Positions 12,127-24,907 of a stretch of DNA of 64,000 nucleotides are shown here, piece after piece. Source of the stretch: Geosiphon pyriformis uo1 (taxonomy: Eukaryota > Fungi > Glomeromycota); the NCBI GenBank assembly GCA_016748015.1, contig JAAOMT010000435.1, forward strand, positions 124,001 to 188,000. The letters run 5' to 3'. The translations under genes and the position numbers were made by a program. The notes under the pieces were generated by a model, which saw only the letters and a list, made by a program, of their open reading frames with translations, did not search any database and had not been told where the DNA came from. The number at the start of each line of letters is the position of its first letter. Position 1 is the first letter of the stretch.

Positions 12127-15100
12127 ATGTGTAATGTTTGGAATATCAATGTCCCTATTAAGCAAGAAAATATTGTTCATTGGCATAAAGAATCTGGAAA
12201 TATGGTTTTGATTGTTACAGAAACAAAGTTAAAGTCTAGTATTAAGCCATAAATTGCAAACAAGTTTGATTAAGTAAAAATCTTTTTATTTGGTTTGAAC
12301 AAAGGGTTTTTTGGTGGTGGAGTGGCAATTATCATAAAAAATTCTATTGTATATCATGTTTTTAAGATTAAGGAAGTTTCCAGTTAGGTTATTTTGGTGC
12401 AGTTTTTTTTCAAAAACAAGCTTTTAGTTTTGATTCTGAGTTTATATGCTAGTGTTTTTGCTGAGATTAGGTTTAGTTTTGCTTCAGAAATCAACTTTTT
12501 TATAGTTAAAGCAGTTAACTCTAGTAGTTTTGTAATCTTGAGTGAGAATTTCAATAAGAATAGGTTTTGCTTGGAGTTGGGTCTAGTCAATTCATTTGAT
12601 AAGTATTTTTTGGTTAAAACTTCTACTTAAAGCAATTCTAAAGACATTGAAAAAGTCATTAACTTTATTTTTGTGAGCCAAAGTCTGGCATTTGCCATTA
12701 CTAGTCATAGAATTGATTCTGTTTCTGATTTTTTTAATACTAATTACAGAGCTTTTTCAATTGCAGTTGGTTTGGGTAGTCTTTTAAATATTTATTTTGG
12801 TATGGAGCATAAATAAACAAATAAGAATGGGTAAAGGTTCAAGATTAAGAACATTAATACTAACAAGTAGTTTCAGTTTAAAGAATGCTCTTTAAGCAAA
12901 TTCTCAAAATTATTGTTTTGATTCAATAGTACAAGGGATAGTAGTAATTTGGATACTATATGGGAAGTTCTAAAGGATATTGCAGTTAACTCTATTGGTA
13001 AAGTGTTTTCTAAGCTATGGTTTAATAATTTTGACTGTTCTAAAAATAAGCTTTTGTTAAGGTTTTTTAAGCTGAAGTTGTTAATGTCTAAACTCATAAA
13101 GAGTATAGATTTAGGTCAATATTTGAATGCCATTTGCCTCCTTGATACTTGATTTACCATTAACATAAAAGAAGCAATCAGAGTATGTATAATGTTTGAT
13201 AGTAGTGTAAAGATTAAAATAATTCAAGTTTATTTGTTAAAAGTCAAAAAAGTTATTAAAAGTCTAAATATTATGAATTCAGGATTGTCAAAAATAATTT
13301 AATTAGAAAAGCTATAAATAAATAAATAAAAAACTTTTATTTTAATAAAAGTAAAATGATTAAAAGTGTTCTAAATCAACTTTTTCAAAAAGTCATTTTT
13401 GACTATCTGGTTGTAAATAATAAATTGATTTTGAAGCCAAGTAAAGTTAAATCTATGGTCAACACAATTATAGAAAGGTAGACAAGAGAGCATGCTGTGT
13501 TTAATATGTGGTCCAAGCATTGATTCAATTAATATACTCTTTTGGATTATGTAAATAATGATGCTTTTGCAGAAGTTATGTGTGATATTAAATTTAATGA
13601 GTTTTTCCATGTTGTTAGAGACCTACTTGATAACAAAGCTGCTGGTCTTTTGGGTATTTCTAATGAACTTTGAAAACATGGTAACAAATAGATGGTTTGT
13701 TAAATATATTCAATATGTATCTAACATCAAATCTGGTTTTTACACAATGAAAGCATGCCTGAATTTCCATGATGCCAAAGTTTTATAATTGGAAGAGGAC
13801 TTTTACTAATACCAGACCAATAGCTTTGATTAAAACAGTCTAAAAGATCTTGTCAAAAATTTTTTTGAACAGATATTTCTTGGTTTGCAGTAAACACAAT
13901 ATTTTGTGTGGTGACAATTTTTCTGTTCTTAAAGACACATCTATACAGACTTCAATTTTTGCTATTGGTTCTTCAGAATATATAAAAGATATATGATTTA
14001 GTTAGATGACTTTATTTGTATAATAGTCTAAGTAGAATTAAAATATGCTTTCATTTTATTAAGTTTTTTGGTAATATACACAACAATAAATTCAACTGAG
14101 TAATAACAGATTTTGGGCTTATTAATGGGTATACTGTTTATAATAGTTTAAACTAAGGAGAAATGTTCTTACTACTGCTATGAAGAATCTTTTATAATCT
14201 ATTGCTTTGTGAAGTTAAAAAGCACAAATAACTGTTTGACTACAGAATAATTTCAAAGTTTTTTATAAAGACTAACAGAGCTAATTTTGGAGATAGCAAA
14301 ACTTTTTTTCTTGCTGTAGGTAGTTTTGTTGATAACACTATTTGAATTAGAAATTACATAACAGCTACACAATACATTTTAAATATTGTTAATGAGTTTT
14401 TTTCAATTAATAATATTTTGATCAATATAAACAAGACTGTAGTCATTTCTATCAACCAAAGTAATAAGAAGACTTTGCTGTTTATTAGTGGTTTAAAATC
14501 TCAATAGCCAAAAGAGACAAATCTTATAGATATTTAGGTATCTTTTTGTTAACTAATGGCTTTTTTAAGTTTAGTTTAACCAAAGTTTATTCAGATGTCA
14601 GGTTTTTTTTCAATGTGATTTTAAGAAAAACTATTATTAAGAAGCAGTTTTTGTACTTGGTGTCTGCTGTTTTACAATCAATTATCAATTATAAGTTGCA
14701 ATTCAACTGTACTTCAAAGAATATGTGTGAGAAATAGGACAAAATGTTAAGAAAAGAGTTAAAACTTAAGACTAATCTGCCTAAGAACTTTTTGAATGAG
14801 GCATTGTATTACTCTGAATTGTATGGCTTAAGAACTTTTGAACAAGTGCTCTCTAAAAATTTAATGACTGGCTTGGTTAATTTTGCTAATATTGATAGAA
14901 TCCTTGATAATTTGTTTAAACATAGAGCTATAAATCTGCTGGCCACTAGCTAAATATTCTAATATTCTTTTCAATTTCTAGTTGTTTTGTTAATAAATCC
15001 CATAAATTGTTTTCTAACAGATGTGAGATGTACTTTCACTTTTTGTAATCTGTTTCTTAGTAATATGTTGTCTAATGTTTTTTGGGTTAGAAAAGATGTT

Positions 15101-15936
15101 ATAGTTATGAAGGTGCTGAGTTTGGGCTGTTATTTGAATGTGGCTAAGTCTCTCAAAAAATATGATATTGTTTTTGTAAATTAGTTTTTGGACTATTATG
15201 GCATGTGTATTATGTAAAACACTTTTTATAGGTAGAAAAGGCTGAATTCTAAAGGTCTAATTTCTGTTTGGTTCAGTTTATTGGTTAAGTTTATTAGTGG
15301 TGGTGGTTTGACAAGTAGTAAAATATTGGATTCCTATTTCACTCTTTCTGACTGCTCTTATAACTTTGGTTTTGTTCATAAATGTCTGTTGGATTTTGGG
15401 CTGTGTTCTGTAGAAGTTTTTACAAATGACTTTGTAGAAAATTTGGGTTTAGTTGGTGTTTGTAATAGTGCTGCTACTTATTTTTTAAATGCTGACATTA
15501 GTATTGGGGTCAAAATTAATGAATTGTTGTCTTTGACTTTGATAGAACTACAAGCCATCACTTTTACTTTGGAATGTGTACCTATTTCTAGTTTGGTTAC
15601 CTTGTTTACAAATAACCAGGTTTTGTTGAACATTTGCAATTTTAATAAAAATGTATTTGGTTATAATTTTTATGATAAATGCTGGATTGAAAAAGAGCAT
15701 ATTCATCATGTTATTTTAAATAGGGGTTTATCTGTTTTTTAAAAGAAAGTTAGAAGTTATTCTGACATTGTTGAAAATAAATGTGCTGATTTTTATGTCA
15801 ATGCTACAACTGCTTTTAGTTTTATGTTGTCTTTTAATGTGCTGTATTGTTTTCTCAATGTTGAAGACAGACTTATCTTTAAAAATGCTATTACTTTATT
15901 AAGTGTCTGTTTAGTGTTGTTAATTTTGTTGGGTAA
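12127..15936 (+). mobile_element. LINE ORF2 pseudogene, 5' part (AP endonuclease, RT, RNase H)
   Basis: CNVWNIN...VTETKL endonuclease start, matching the ORF2 start at 63908. RT-region TNTRPIALI and FVDNTI. RNase H-like VEVFTND / ELQAITFTLEC / VRSYSDIVENKCAD. Interrupted by LTR element C. Confidence 0.9.
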
Positions 15937-16856
15937 TGTTATGGGTAAACTTGGTGGGGTATGGTGGTAATGTTTGGTGCTCTATTTTTGGGTTATCTTT
16001 CAAGGTTGTCTGCTTTTTCTGCCATGTTAGTGTTATCAGTCTTTGAAGGTCTATTCCTGGATGTGAATTTACCTATTGAGTTCTTTGGTTATAAGGCACA
16101 GAGTTTGTTTTTTGTTGATTACAATGTTTTTCACAAATGTGAGCTTTTTTTTCCATGCTAATGAGTGCAGTCATTAGAGTCTGGCATTGTCTTTTTGCTT
16201 TTCTGGTAAGCTATCAAGATAACATTAATATCCAAAACTTAGGGGGAGCTTCCTTCTTTTACCAGGCTATTACAAAGTCTATTCTAAGACAGTTGATTTT
16301 TCTATGTTGCTGCTCCAAAAAAAAAAAGAAAATAGAAAAAGAAAAAAAAAGAATTAGTTTCCATCAATTGCCATAATCAAGAGTGATTGGTTCAAATTAT
16401 TAAGATTTGATGTGTTTATGCTAATGGCATCTGTTCCGGAACAAAGATAGGAAATACTGATTTTGATTTTTAATTGAAATTCATAATATTGGTGAACATG
16501 AAGTGGTAAATTAGATTTTTTTTTGGTTTTTTTTGATATTTTATTGTATTTCGGACTATAGATATATGATAAATATAATACAAAGTAAAATTAATTGCTA
16601 ACTAACTGTCTTTTCAACTTCTACAACTACTTGCTTTTATACATTCTTTTGGTTTTACAAGATTGCTTTCAATTGCTTCACTATTGCTTGTTATTGCTAG
16701 CTATTGCTTGTTATTGTTAGCTATTGCTTATTATTGCTAGCTATTGCTTGTTATTGCTAGCTATTACTTGCATTTGTTCTATGTTATCTTGAGTTGTATC
16801 ACATTTTTTTTGTCACATTTTCCCATAGCTTTTTGGTTTTTTCTACTCAGGTAACA
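15937..16856 (-). repeat. 3' LTR, family C
   Basis: Direct repeat of 24908-25779. Contains 4.5 copies of a 20-bp unit at 16681-16770. Confidence 0.95.
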
Positions 16857-19800
16857 TTATCCCTCTCTTTTAAAATTGAGCTCCTGTAAAATCATTTATC
16901 TCAGTTAAGTTTGTGTTTTCCATAAAGAACTCAAATGTTGCTCTTAGTATTGCTTTTTGTAGAACTTTAAATTGGGTGTTTGTCATTTATCCTATGTTGT
17001 TGACTGTAACAGTTTTTAGAGTTTTATCTAATAGTACCATTGGACAGTGTTTAAATGCTGAATATAATTAGTATGTTGCTTTGTAGTATAGGTTTAAGTT
17101 GTTTCTTCCCACGAATTCTTCTACTTGTCTGTGGACTTCTTTGTTGATCATTCGATGATTGAAATTTTCATATGGGTTATTTAATTCTAATTGTAATCTA
17201 ATTTTAAATAGCCAATAGATGAGTAGAAGTTTCTTTTTCTATTTTTTCACATTTTCAAGTGTTTATTCTCCTGTTACTGGCTCTGGTGTTTGCCTATTCA
17301 GACCCTTCCTTATTCCCTTAATTTTCATCTAATATAGTTTCATTTCTGTTATCTTCCCCTTTTTCTTAGCTGTATCAGGTCCTATTTATGCCATATCTCT
17401 TTTTCTTTTTCTTTTGTAGGAAGAGATTTGCTTGTAAGGGTGGAACAGCTTAATTCTAGTTGAACTTTCATCCACCCCTTTTTTGCTCCTATCTCTGTAT
17501 CATATTTCTTTTTTATTAATTGTGATTTCTATTTGAGCAGAAGATTGTTGAATTGTGTTAAACAGTTGTTTCGAAAGTTGTAGAATTTGATCTGAAAGGT
17601 TCATGTTAAAAAAGGTTCTATCATTTTTTTATTGTTTTCTGGGTGGTATATATACTTGAATTTCCCAATTTAATTTGCTATATGTTGTTTATATTTTGAT
17701 AACAATAATTGGTTCCAGATTTTGTGGTATATCTTTTGGTCTAATTAATAGAATTTGTGTTCCTAGTTGATGTACTGATGATGATGACTGTTGTTTTGCA
17801 TGATAAATTTTTAATCAATTCCCATAAGCTACTTTCTTTAAAATCCTGTCTTCTAATCATAATTTGTAAGCTCCATTTTCTAAAGCTTTATGTATATGAA
17901 ATGGGCCATTTCACTTTGGGTCAAACTTTCCACTCTATTGTTTTTTTGCTTTTGTACAATGTAATAATACTTGGTCTCCAATCTTAAATTCCATTGGTTG
18001 TTCAGGTAGGCAATTGTCATGTCTTTCTTTTTGTTATTCTTGAGTGTTACTGATATTGTCAGCTGCTATTTTATAATTGTTTTTTAATGTTTTCATTAGC
18101 TGGTATGTTCTTTGGCATAAGATAGCTTCAAAATTTTTTTCGTTGATAGTTTTTGTTAAGTAGGACACTATTTCTTGTTCAATAAGTAACATTGTTTTTC
18201 TTCCATAGACTAATTCGAATGGTGTAAACTGTGTCATATTTTGCTTTAATGTTTAATATGCAAAAAGTACAGAAGATATGAATAAGTTCTATTTTTGTTC
18301 ATTTTTGTAACTTATTTTTGCTAATGCTTCACATAATGTTTTGTTAAACTATTCTACCAGTCTATTTGTTTGTGGGTAATATGATGACAATAGAAGTTGT
18401 TTTATACTAAAATGTTAACTCAATTCAGTTAACATAGTATTGATGAAATGTGTTCTTTGGTCTAATAACAGTTCTTTTAGGCATCCATGTCTGCATATTA
18501 GATCTTAGTGTACAAATTCGGCTACTGTTTTGGCGTCAGCTACTTGGATTGCTCTGGCTTCTGGCCATTTTGTAAAATAGTCTATGACTATGCAATGTAA
18601 TGATTTCTTTTGGATGTAATTGAGAGAAGACCAACCAAATTAATCCCAATTCTATCAAATAGATTTCTAACTAAAATGGGTCAAAGTGGTTCTGTTATTC
18701 TGGCTTCTTCTCATTGCTGACATGAGTTACAATTGAGAACATATTTGAAGATATCCTTATACATTGTAGGCCAATAGTATAGATTTGTTGTTCTTTTCAG
18801 AGTCATGTCTTTGTTGAAGTGTCCTGTAGTTGGGTCGGAATACATACTATATAATATAGCTTCTTTTTCACTGTTTTTGATCAACCATGGTGGGGTGGTG
18901 TGGTTTTGTCGTTTTTAATGATAGAGTTGGTTATTTTGAATAAAGTAATTTTGCACTTATTTCTGTATAGTATTTTGTTTCTGTTGAGATAATATTTTTT
19001 TGAAATGTAGTATTGATAGATATTGATGTAATTGCTGATAAGTAAGTGTATCTATAGGTCTGAGATTAAGTTTGTGGTATTCTTAACAAACTGTCAGCAT
19101 TGGTGTTCTTGGATCTTTTTTTGTAATTAACTTTGAGTGGGAATTGTTGCAAATAAGTATTCTATCTCATATATTTTCCTTTCAGCTGTGGGTTATTGAG
19201 TAGCCAGATTAATTTTTTATGATCAGTATATAAGTTGAATGATTGTCTAAGGTAGTATTTCCAAGTTTGTATGATCCAATAAATGGCGAGACATTTCAAA
19301 TCCATTGTGCTATATATATTTTCTGCTGGGCTGGTACTGCAACTGATATAGACAATTGGATGTTCTCTTCTGTCCAGTTTTATCTGTAATAATACAGCTC
19401 CTAGTGCATTTTTTGATGCATTTGTAGTGACAATAAATTGTTTAGTGAAGTTGGGATAGATCAATATTGGAGATGTGATTAACTACTGTTTAAGATAGTC
19501 AAAGATCTTTTGTTGTTCTTTTTTTCACAGGTATGGTATGTATTTGGACAACAAGTAATGAAGGGGTTTTGCAATAGTTAAGAATTCTTTGATGAATTGG
19601 CAGTAGTATCCAGCCAATCTTAAAAATTTTCATAGTTCTTGTAGGTTGATTAAGGCTGAAAAATTTTTGACTTTTTGGATTTTATCTGGGTTGGGTTTTA
19701 CTCCATCTTTGCTGATTACATGTCCTAAGAATTTCAGTTCAGTTTTCTCAAAGAAGCATTTATCAGAGTTGAGTTTTAATTTGGCATCTTGAAGGCATTT

Positions 19801-22800
19801 GAAGACTTGTTGCAAGTGGAGCAAATGTTTGTCAAATGTTTCCAAGAAGACATTTGTGTTGTCCAAGTATACTATGACTGATTTCTACAAGATTTCTTTA
19901 TACACAACATCCATAAGACATTGGAAGGTAATGGGAGTATTGCACAGTCCAAAAGGCATTATATTGAATTCAAAATTTCTGTCTCAAGTGGTAAATGCTG
20001 TTTTCTTTTTGTCTTTTGGGTCTATTTCAACTTGCCAATATCTACTGGCTAGATTTAGTAACGAAAACCATTTCTTTTTTCCTAAATTGTCTAGAATTTC
20101 TTGGATAAGAGAAGTGGGATAGCTATCTTCTTGGGTAACACTATTTAATTTCTAGTAATCCACACAGAATTATACCTTTTTGTTCTTTTTTGTGACTAAG
20201 ACCACTGAAGAGAACCAAGGGCTTAATAATTCTTTAATCAGTCTATTGTCAAGCATTCATTGTACTTTCTGCTTAATCAGATTATTGCCAAATAGAGGTA
20301 CTTGGTAAGTTCACTGCTTAATAGATTGAGCATCTCCAGTATCAATCTGGTATTTTATGATATTGGTGCATCCAAACTCATTTTTGCTGACAAAAACATT
20401 GGCATATTGGTTTAATAGAATCTTAAATTGCATTTGCTGTAAAGTGCTCAGATTTTCCAAATTAAGTTTATTGATTTCTTCCAGTGTAAACAAGTAACTT
20501 TTCTTTGGTAGGTTCTATACTTATGTGGTAATATCACAGAACAAAAACAATTGAGTGAAATCTAGAATGAGTTGAAGTTTTTCTGGATTTTGGATATCTG
20601 GAGATATGGAACCAACAAAAGTTCTCTTAGAAATTTTAATAATGTTTTTGGTTGGGTTGTGAATAGAGATTTTAAAGTGCTTATGAGCTTTGGCTGGTAA
20701 GTACAAGTTAGCAATATTAGCTAACAAGCAAATCTCGGAATTGGCCTCAAAGACTAGTGCTTGGTTTTAAATTCTTCAGTCGACTTTGAAAATATACTGC
20801 CAATAAGGAGGAATAGAAATGATGGTATCAGTGTAGATAAGTTTTACCTGGTCACTATCCTCCTCCATAAAATTAACTATTACATTTCTTCTTCTATTTG
20901 AGCCAAACCCATTGATTTCTCAGGCAGTAAGACCTAATTTTTCTCAAGTGATAACTAGAGCTAGTTGGGGTATTTTAACTAAAAGTAGGAAGATGGCTTG
21001 GGCAATTTTTTTGTGAGATTTGATTTTGTAGGGTTTGTCTAAATTGTTTTGTAGCATCACAATGATGTTTCCTATATATCCAACATCAATAATTTCTCCT
21101 TTTATGTTGATTTCTTTCTTTGCAAGGCTCAATCTAGATATTACTTGTACTATGGTGCTAATAAGAATTTCTAATGCTATTTTGAGATCTATTTTTACCA
21201 GGGAATGTAAGGCTATAACTATGGATAATTGTCCAGAATATCTTAAATCAAAACCTGTATCAGTCTCATGTGCTTTTTCTGGGCATATTTTTTTATTGTT
21301 GTCACTGTACCATTTTAATTCTAATTCTTTGGAGAAGTTGAAATATGCGAAGTATTGTTCTATTTCAGTAGTTAGATTTAGCTTTTGAAATAACATGTCC
21401 CTGGCAAGTAATTTCTTTTTTTTCTTAGGCTCAGGTAATTTGGTGATTGAGTATAGAATTTTGGAAGGTGGGTTGAACATGAGATTACACTCATCACAGT
21501 ATTGGAAGTGGCAAGGAATTAAGCAGTGATTACATAGTTTGGTATTTAGATTAACTAACTGCTGTTCTTGCTCTTTTTGGATCAGGGCCAATTCTTAATA
21601 TCAGTTCTAAAATGCGTTGGAGTCATCTGTAACAAAATTATCCATGAGGTAGTTAGGTCTATTATATTTGGACATCCAAGAGTTGTCTTTAATTTCTCGT
21701 ATTTCTTTAGTTATGGTGCCTTTGGCTTTGGCACTTGCCATTTTCCAGATTTTGTAATCATCATATGGATAACTGTCCAGCCTATTGAGTGCTTGTTTTT
21801 AAGTGTCCTTGATGGGGGTTTCTTTTCATATCCAATTATTGATTAATATAATGTACTGACAAATCTCATTGCATGTTCCTCCTCTGCCAGACACATTATT
21901 CCAGAGTTCTTTATTAGGCAGGATCTTGCCACATACAAAGCATAGCGTGTTGTTCCACTTGTCTTGTCATTTTGGTTATTCAAATCTTTCCAGTAAACAA
22001 GGTCTGCAGTAGTATTTGGTAGTGGTTGGCCATTCTTTATTGTCCTTGATACATGCACCTATTGTGAATAGTTTCTTTCCACAATCAACACATATTAGTT
22101 TTAGAGATTGGTAAAATAAATTTCTTTGGTCTGAAGTTACATATCCTAGTGATGACAATTGGGATTCTTCTTCAGCTCTGCTTTTTCCTTTTTTTTCCAG
22201 ATTGATGGTGGGGTTAGTTCAGTTTGATAATTGTCTATCCATGAAACCTGATAGATTTCAATGGTCAGTGATAGTGGTATGTTTTCAAATTTAATAAGGG
22301 GTTCCTTGATATTCTGAGTTTTAAAGTGTCTGTATGTAGCTGGAACTCGAATATGCTGTCTGTTGAATATGAGTTGAAGTTCTTGGGTGTTCCAGTCAAG
22401 AGTAGCATTGGCTTTTGACAACCAATTATTTTCTACCACAGCTTGATTTTAAGTAGTTTCTATGACAAGTACTTTGGTAGAGATCTGAATTCTATTAATC
22501 TTGAAAGGGAAGCTGTCAATTTTTCCTATTGGGTTTTTTGTGTTTCCATCTGCTATAATGATCTGGGTGGTAGTAGCACAATCTACTCAATGACCTAGTT
22601 GGTTTATAAGCTGCTTCATAATTATGCTACTGGCTAATCTACTATCCAGGATTAATTTGATATCTATTCCTCCAACTCTGGCATTAGTGTATAAGGCCAT
22701 TATTGGTTTATCCTAATTGATAGCTGCTCCACTAAAAAGACTATGGGTGTTTAAATTATCAATGTCAAAAGGAAATATGGTGGCTAAGATGGTGTTTTTG

Positions 22801-24888
22801 GTAATAGTGGCTGATAGAATATTGCTTTTTGTTTGTTTGGAAGGTTGGGAGATTTGTTCTACATTTTTTCCTTTTATAGGTGTAGATTTATCAAAACCCT
22901 GGTTTTCTGTGAAACCAAGATAGGAAGCTTGATTCGAGTATTCAGTTGGTGCTGGTCAAGATTGGGCAGGATCATGAGAGATTGGTCAAAGATGGTCCAC
23001 TGTTGAATTGCATTTGATTGTTGTTGAGATTTTTCCATCCCTGATTATAGTCTATAGCTCGAAGTCTGGGCTGGTTGTAAGAGAGAGTCTGATAGTAAGA
23101 GATTGTTTGTGTCATTGGTGGTAGTTAATAATAATTCTGGGATGGTGGTTGAGTGTATAAGATTTGTTGTGCATACTGGGGCAGTTGATTTTGAAGAATA
23201 GAATATTAGAATACTATGTTTTGCTGATATCTTGGTTGCTGGTATTGGTTTCCTTGATTTTGGTCTATTAATTTTTTTCTGTAGTTACAGACAATGTGTT
23301 CAAATTTCTGGCAGTAATAACAGTTGTGGAAATCAGATCTTCAAGGTTGTTGTTGTTGCTAATGGTTCTGTTGCTGTGGGTATCTGTTGTTGTTGTTATT
23401 TTCTCTCCATTGTGGTGGTTGGTAAGTTCCTGTGGTTCCAGCTAAGAATCCCTCAATTTTCTGAGTTAATTTTTTACTTAATTGGGTTATCTTTGCATTA
23501 ATATTGGAGGTTCTATTAACGGCTAAATTAATAGCTTGAATATGATTTGCTTCTTGTTTTGCAGATTCAAAATTGTAAGTGAGAGCAATGGTGTCTTGTA
23601 AATTGGTCAGATAACAGAGTTTTATGGATCTTAGAATACTGCTCTGCAATTCTTTAATAAATTGATTAAGAATTTGTACTGTGATGTAATAGTCCCTTTT
23701 GATAGCTAATATTTAATGAAGAATTTGATTAAATTGTCCGAAATAAGTAGTTACTGTTTCATGATTTTTTTGTTTAATTATGCTGAATTGATTCTGCAAT
23801 CAAATTAAAGTATTGGAATCACAAAAGTACCATAGAAAGGCAAACTTAAAAGTGTTAAAGTTGGTTGGTTTTTCTGTAAGGCTTTGATACTACAAGTCTG
23901 TAATTTCAATTAGAAAAAATGGCAGTGCTTGAATAGCTCTGTTATCATTCCAGTTGTTGGTGGTAATTGCTTTCTCAGCTTCCACAATCCACAAATATGT
24001 GTTGTCTTCTTCTTCTGAGAATTTTTCTAACTTAGCAATATCTCAGTAAGCCATGATCTAGTTAATGGGTGGAGTATTACTAGTTGTATTTAAGAGAATT
24101 AGTATCTGTGTATTTGAGTGTTTTCTGAATGCTAATGTTGGTTGTTTCTCTTTGTTGCTTGAACTAATAGGTTGGAAGATAACTGTTTTTTCTATCAGGG
24201 AAGAGGCTGATTCTGCTGGATTTTGTGCTGATAGTTGTTCCTAAGTTGATGTGTTTTCTCTTGTTTGACCAGCTGTTGGGATAAGATTTCCAAACAGCAA
24301 TCCATATTCTCCTAGTGATTTGGTCCAATTGTGTTGACCCCAAGGGTGTGGATTTCCAGAAGTTTGTGATGTTTCCAAGAGTGAGTTAAATACAATTCTA
24401 CTTTGGGGTATCTAATAGTATGAAGAGATTGTTAGAGAGAAAAACCTTGGTTTTTTGTTGACTATAGACTTGTCTTGGGCAGTTGTGAGATTATTGGATT
24501 TGTACTCATATTTCTCCAGATCGGATTCTACTGGTTGTTGTACTTGAGAGAATTATTGTGTCACATAGTGTTTAATGTCTGTATCAACTATGTGTAGAAT
24601 TTCAGCAATTGTTCGAGTAGTGATAGTTGTTAAGTACCTAGTAAGCTTTGATGAATTTGTTTTTCAAGTCTTCCTGTATCAGTTGTGCAGCCTAATAAGC
24701 AGTTGATTTTTGCATTGATATAGTTGCAAAAATCACTTTTTGCGATAGTGGTTTCTGTTGGTATTTCTAGATCTTTTCGAAAGTATTGAAATAGTGCTCT
24801 TCCATATAAAAAGTGGTCCTTTCTTATTATTCCAATAGTTGCTACTTTTGTGTATTTCTGGAGATGCTCTGTCTTTGTGGATTTATAA

Positions 24889-24907
24889 CCTCACAGGAAG
24901 CACCAAA
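24889..24907 (-). promoter_or_regulatory. tRNA primer-binding site (TT-TGGTGCTTCCTGTGAGG)
   Basis: TGG (anti-CCA) lies 2 nt after the LTR end. Related sites at 8889, 36669 and, decayed, ~31742. The implied primer end CCUCACAGGAAGCACCA resembles elongator Met or Ile(UAU) tRNAs (inference). Confidence 0.8.

Noticed and set aside
15961-16376. ORFs inside the family C LTRs (also 24932-25132)
   Set aside because: Short, antisense to the element, without motifs, and repeated only because LTRs are duplicates.
17620-17800. Chromodomain at the integrase C-terminus
   Set aside because: Only a short tail follows the GPF region, and I see no chromodomain pattern in families B or C.
17757-17987. Antisense ORFs within TEs (also 3620-3946, 21035-21388, 29456-29917, 63635-63874)
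   Set aside because: Shadows of TE coding frames on the opposite strand.
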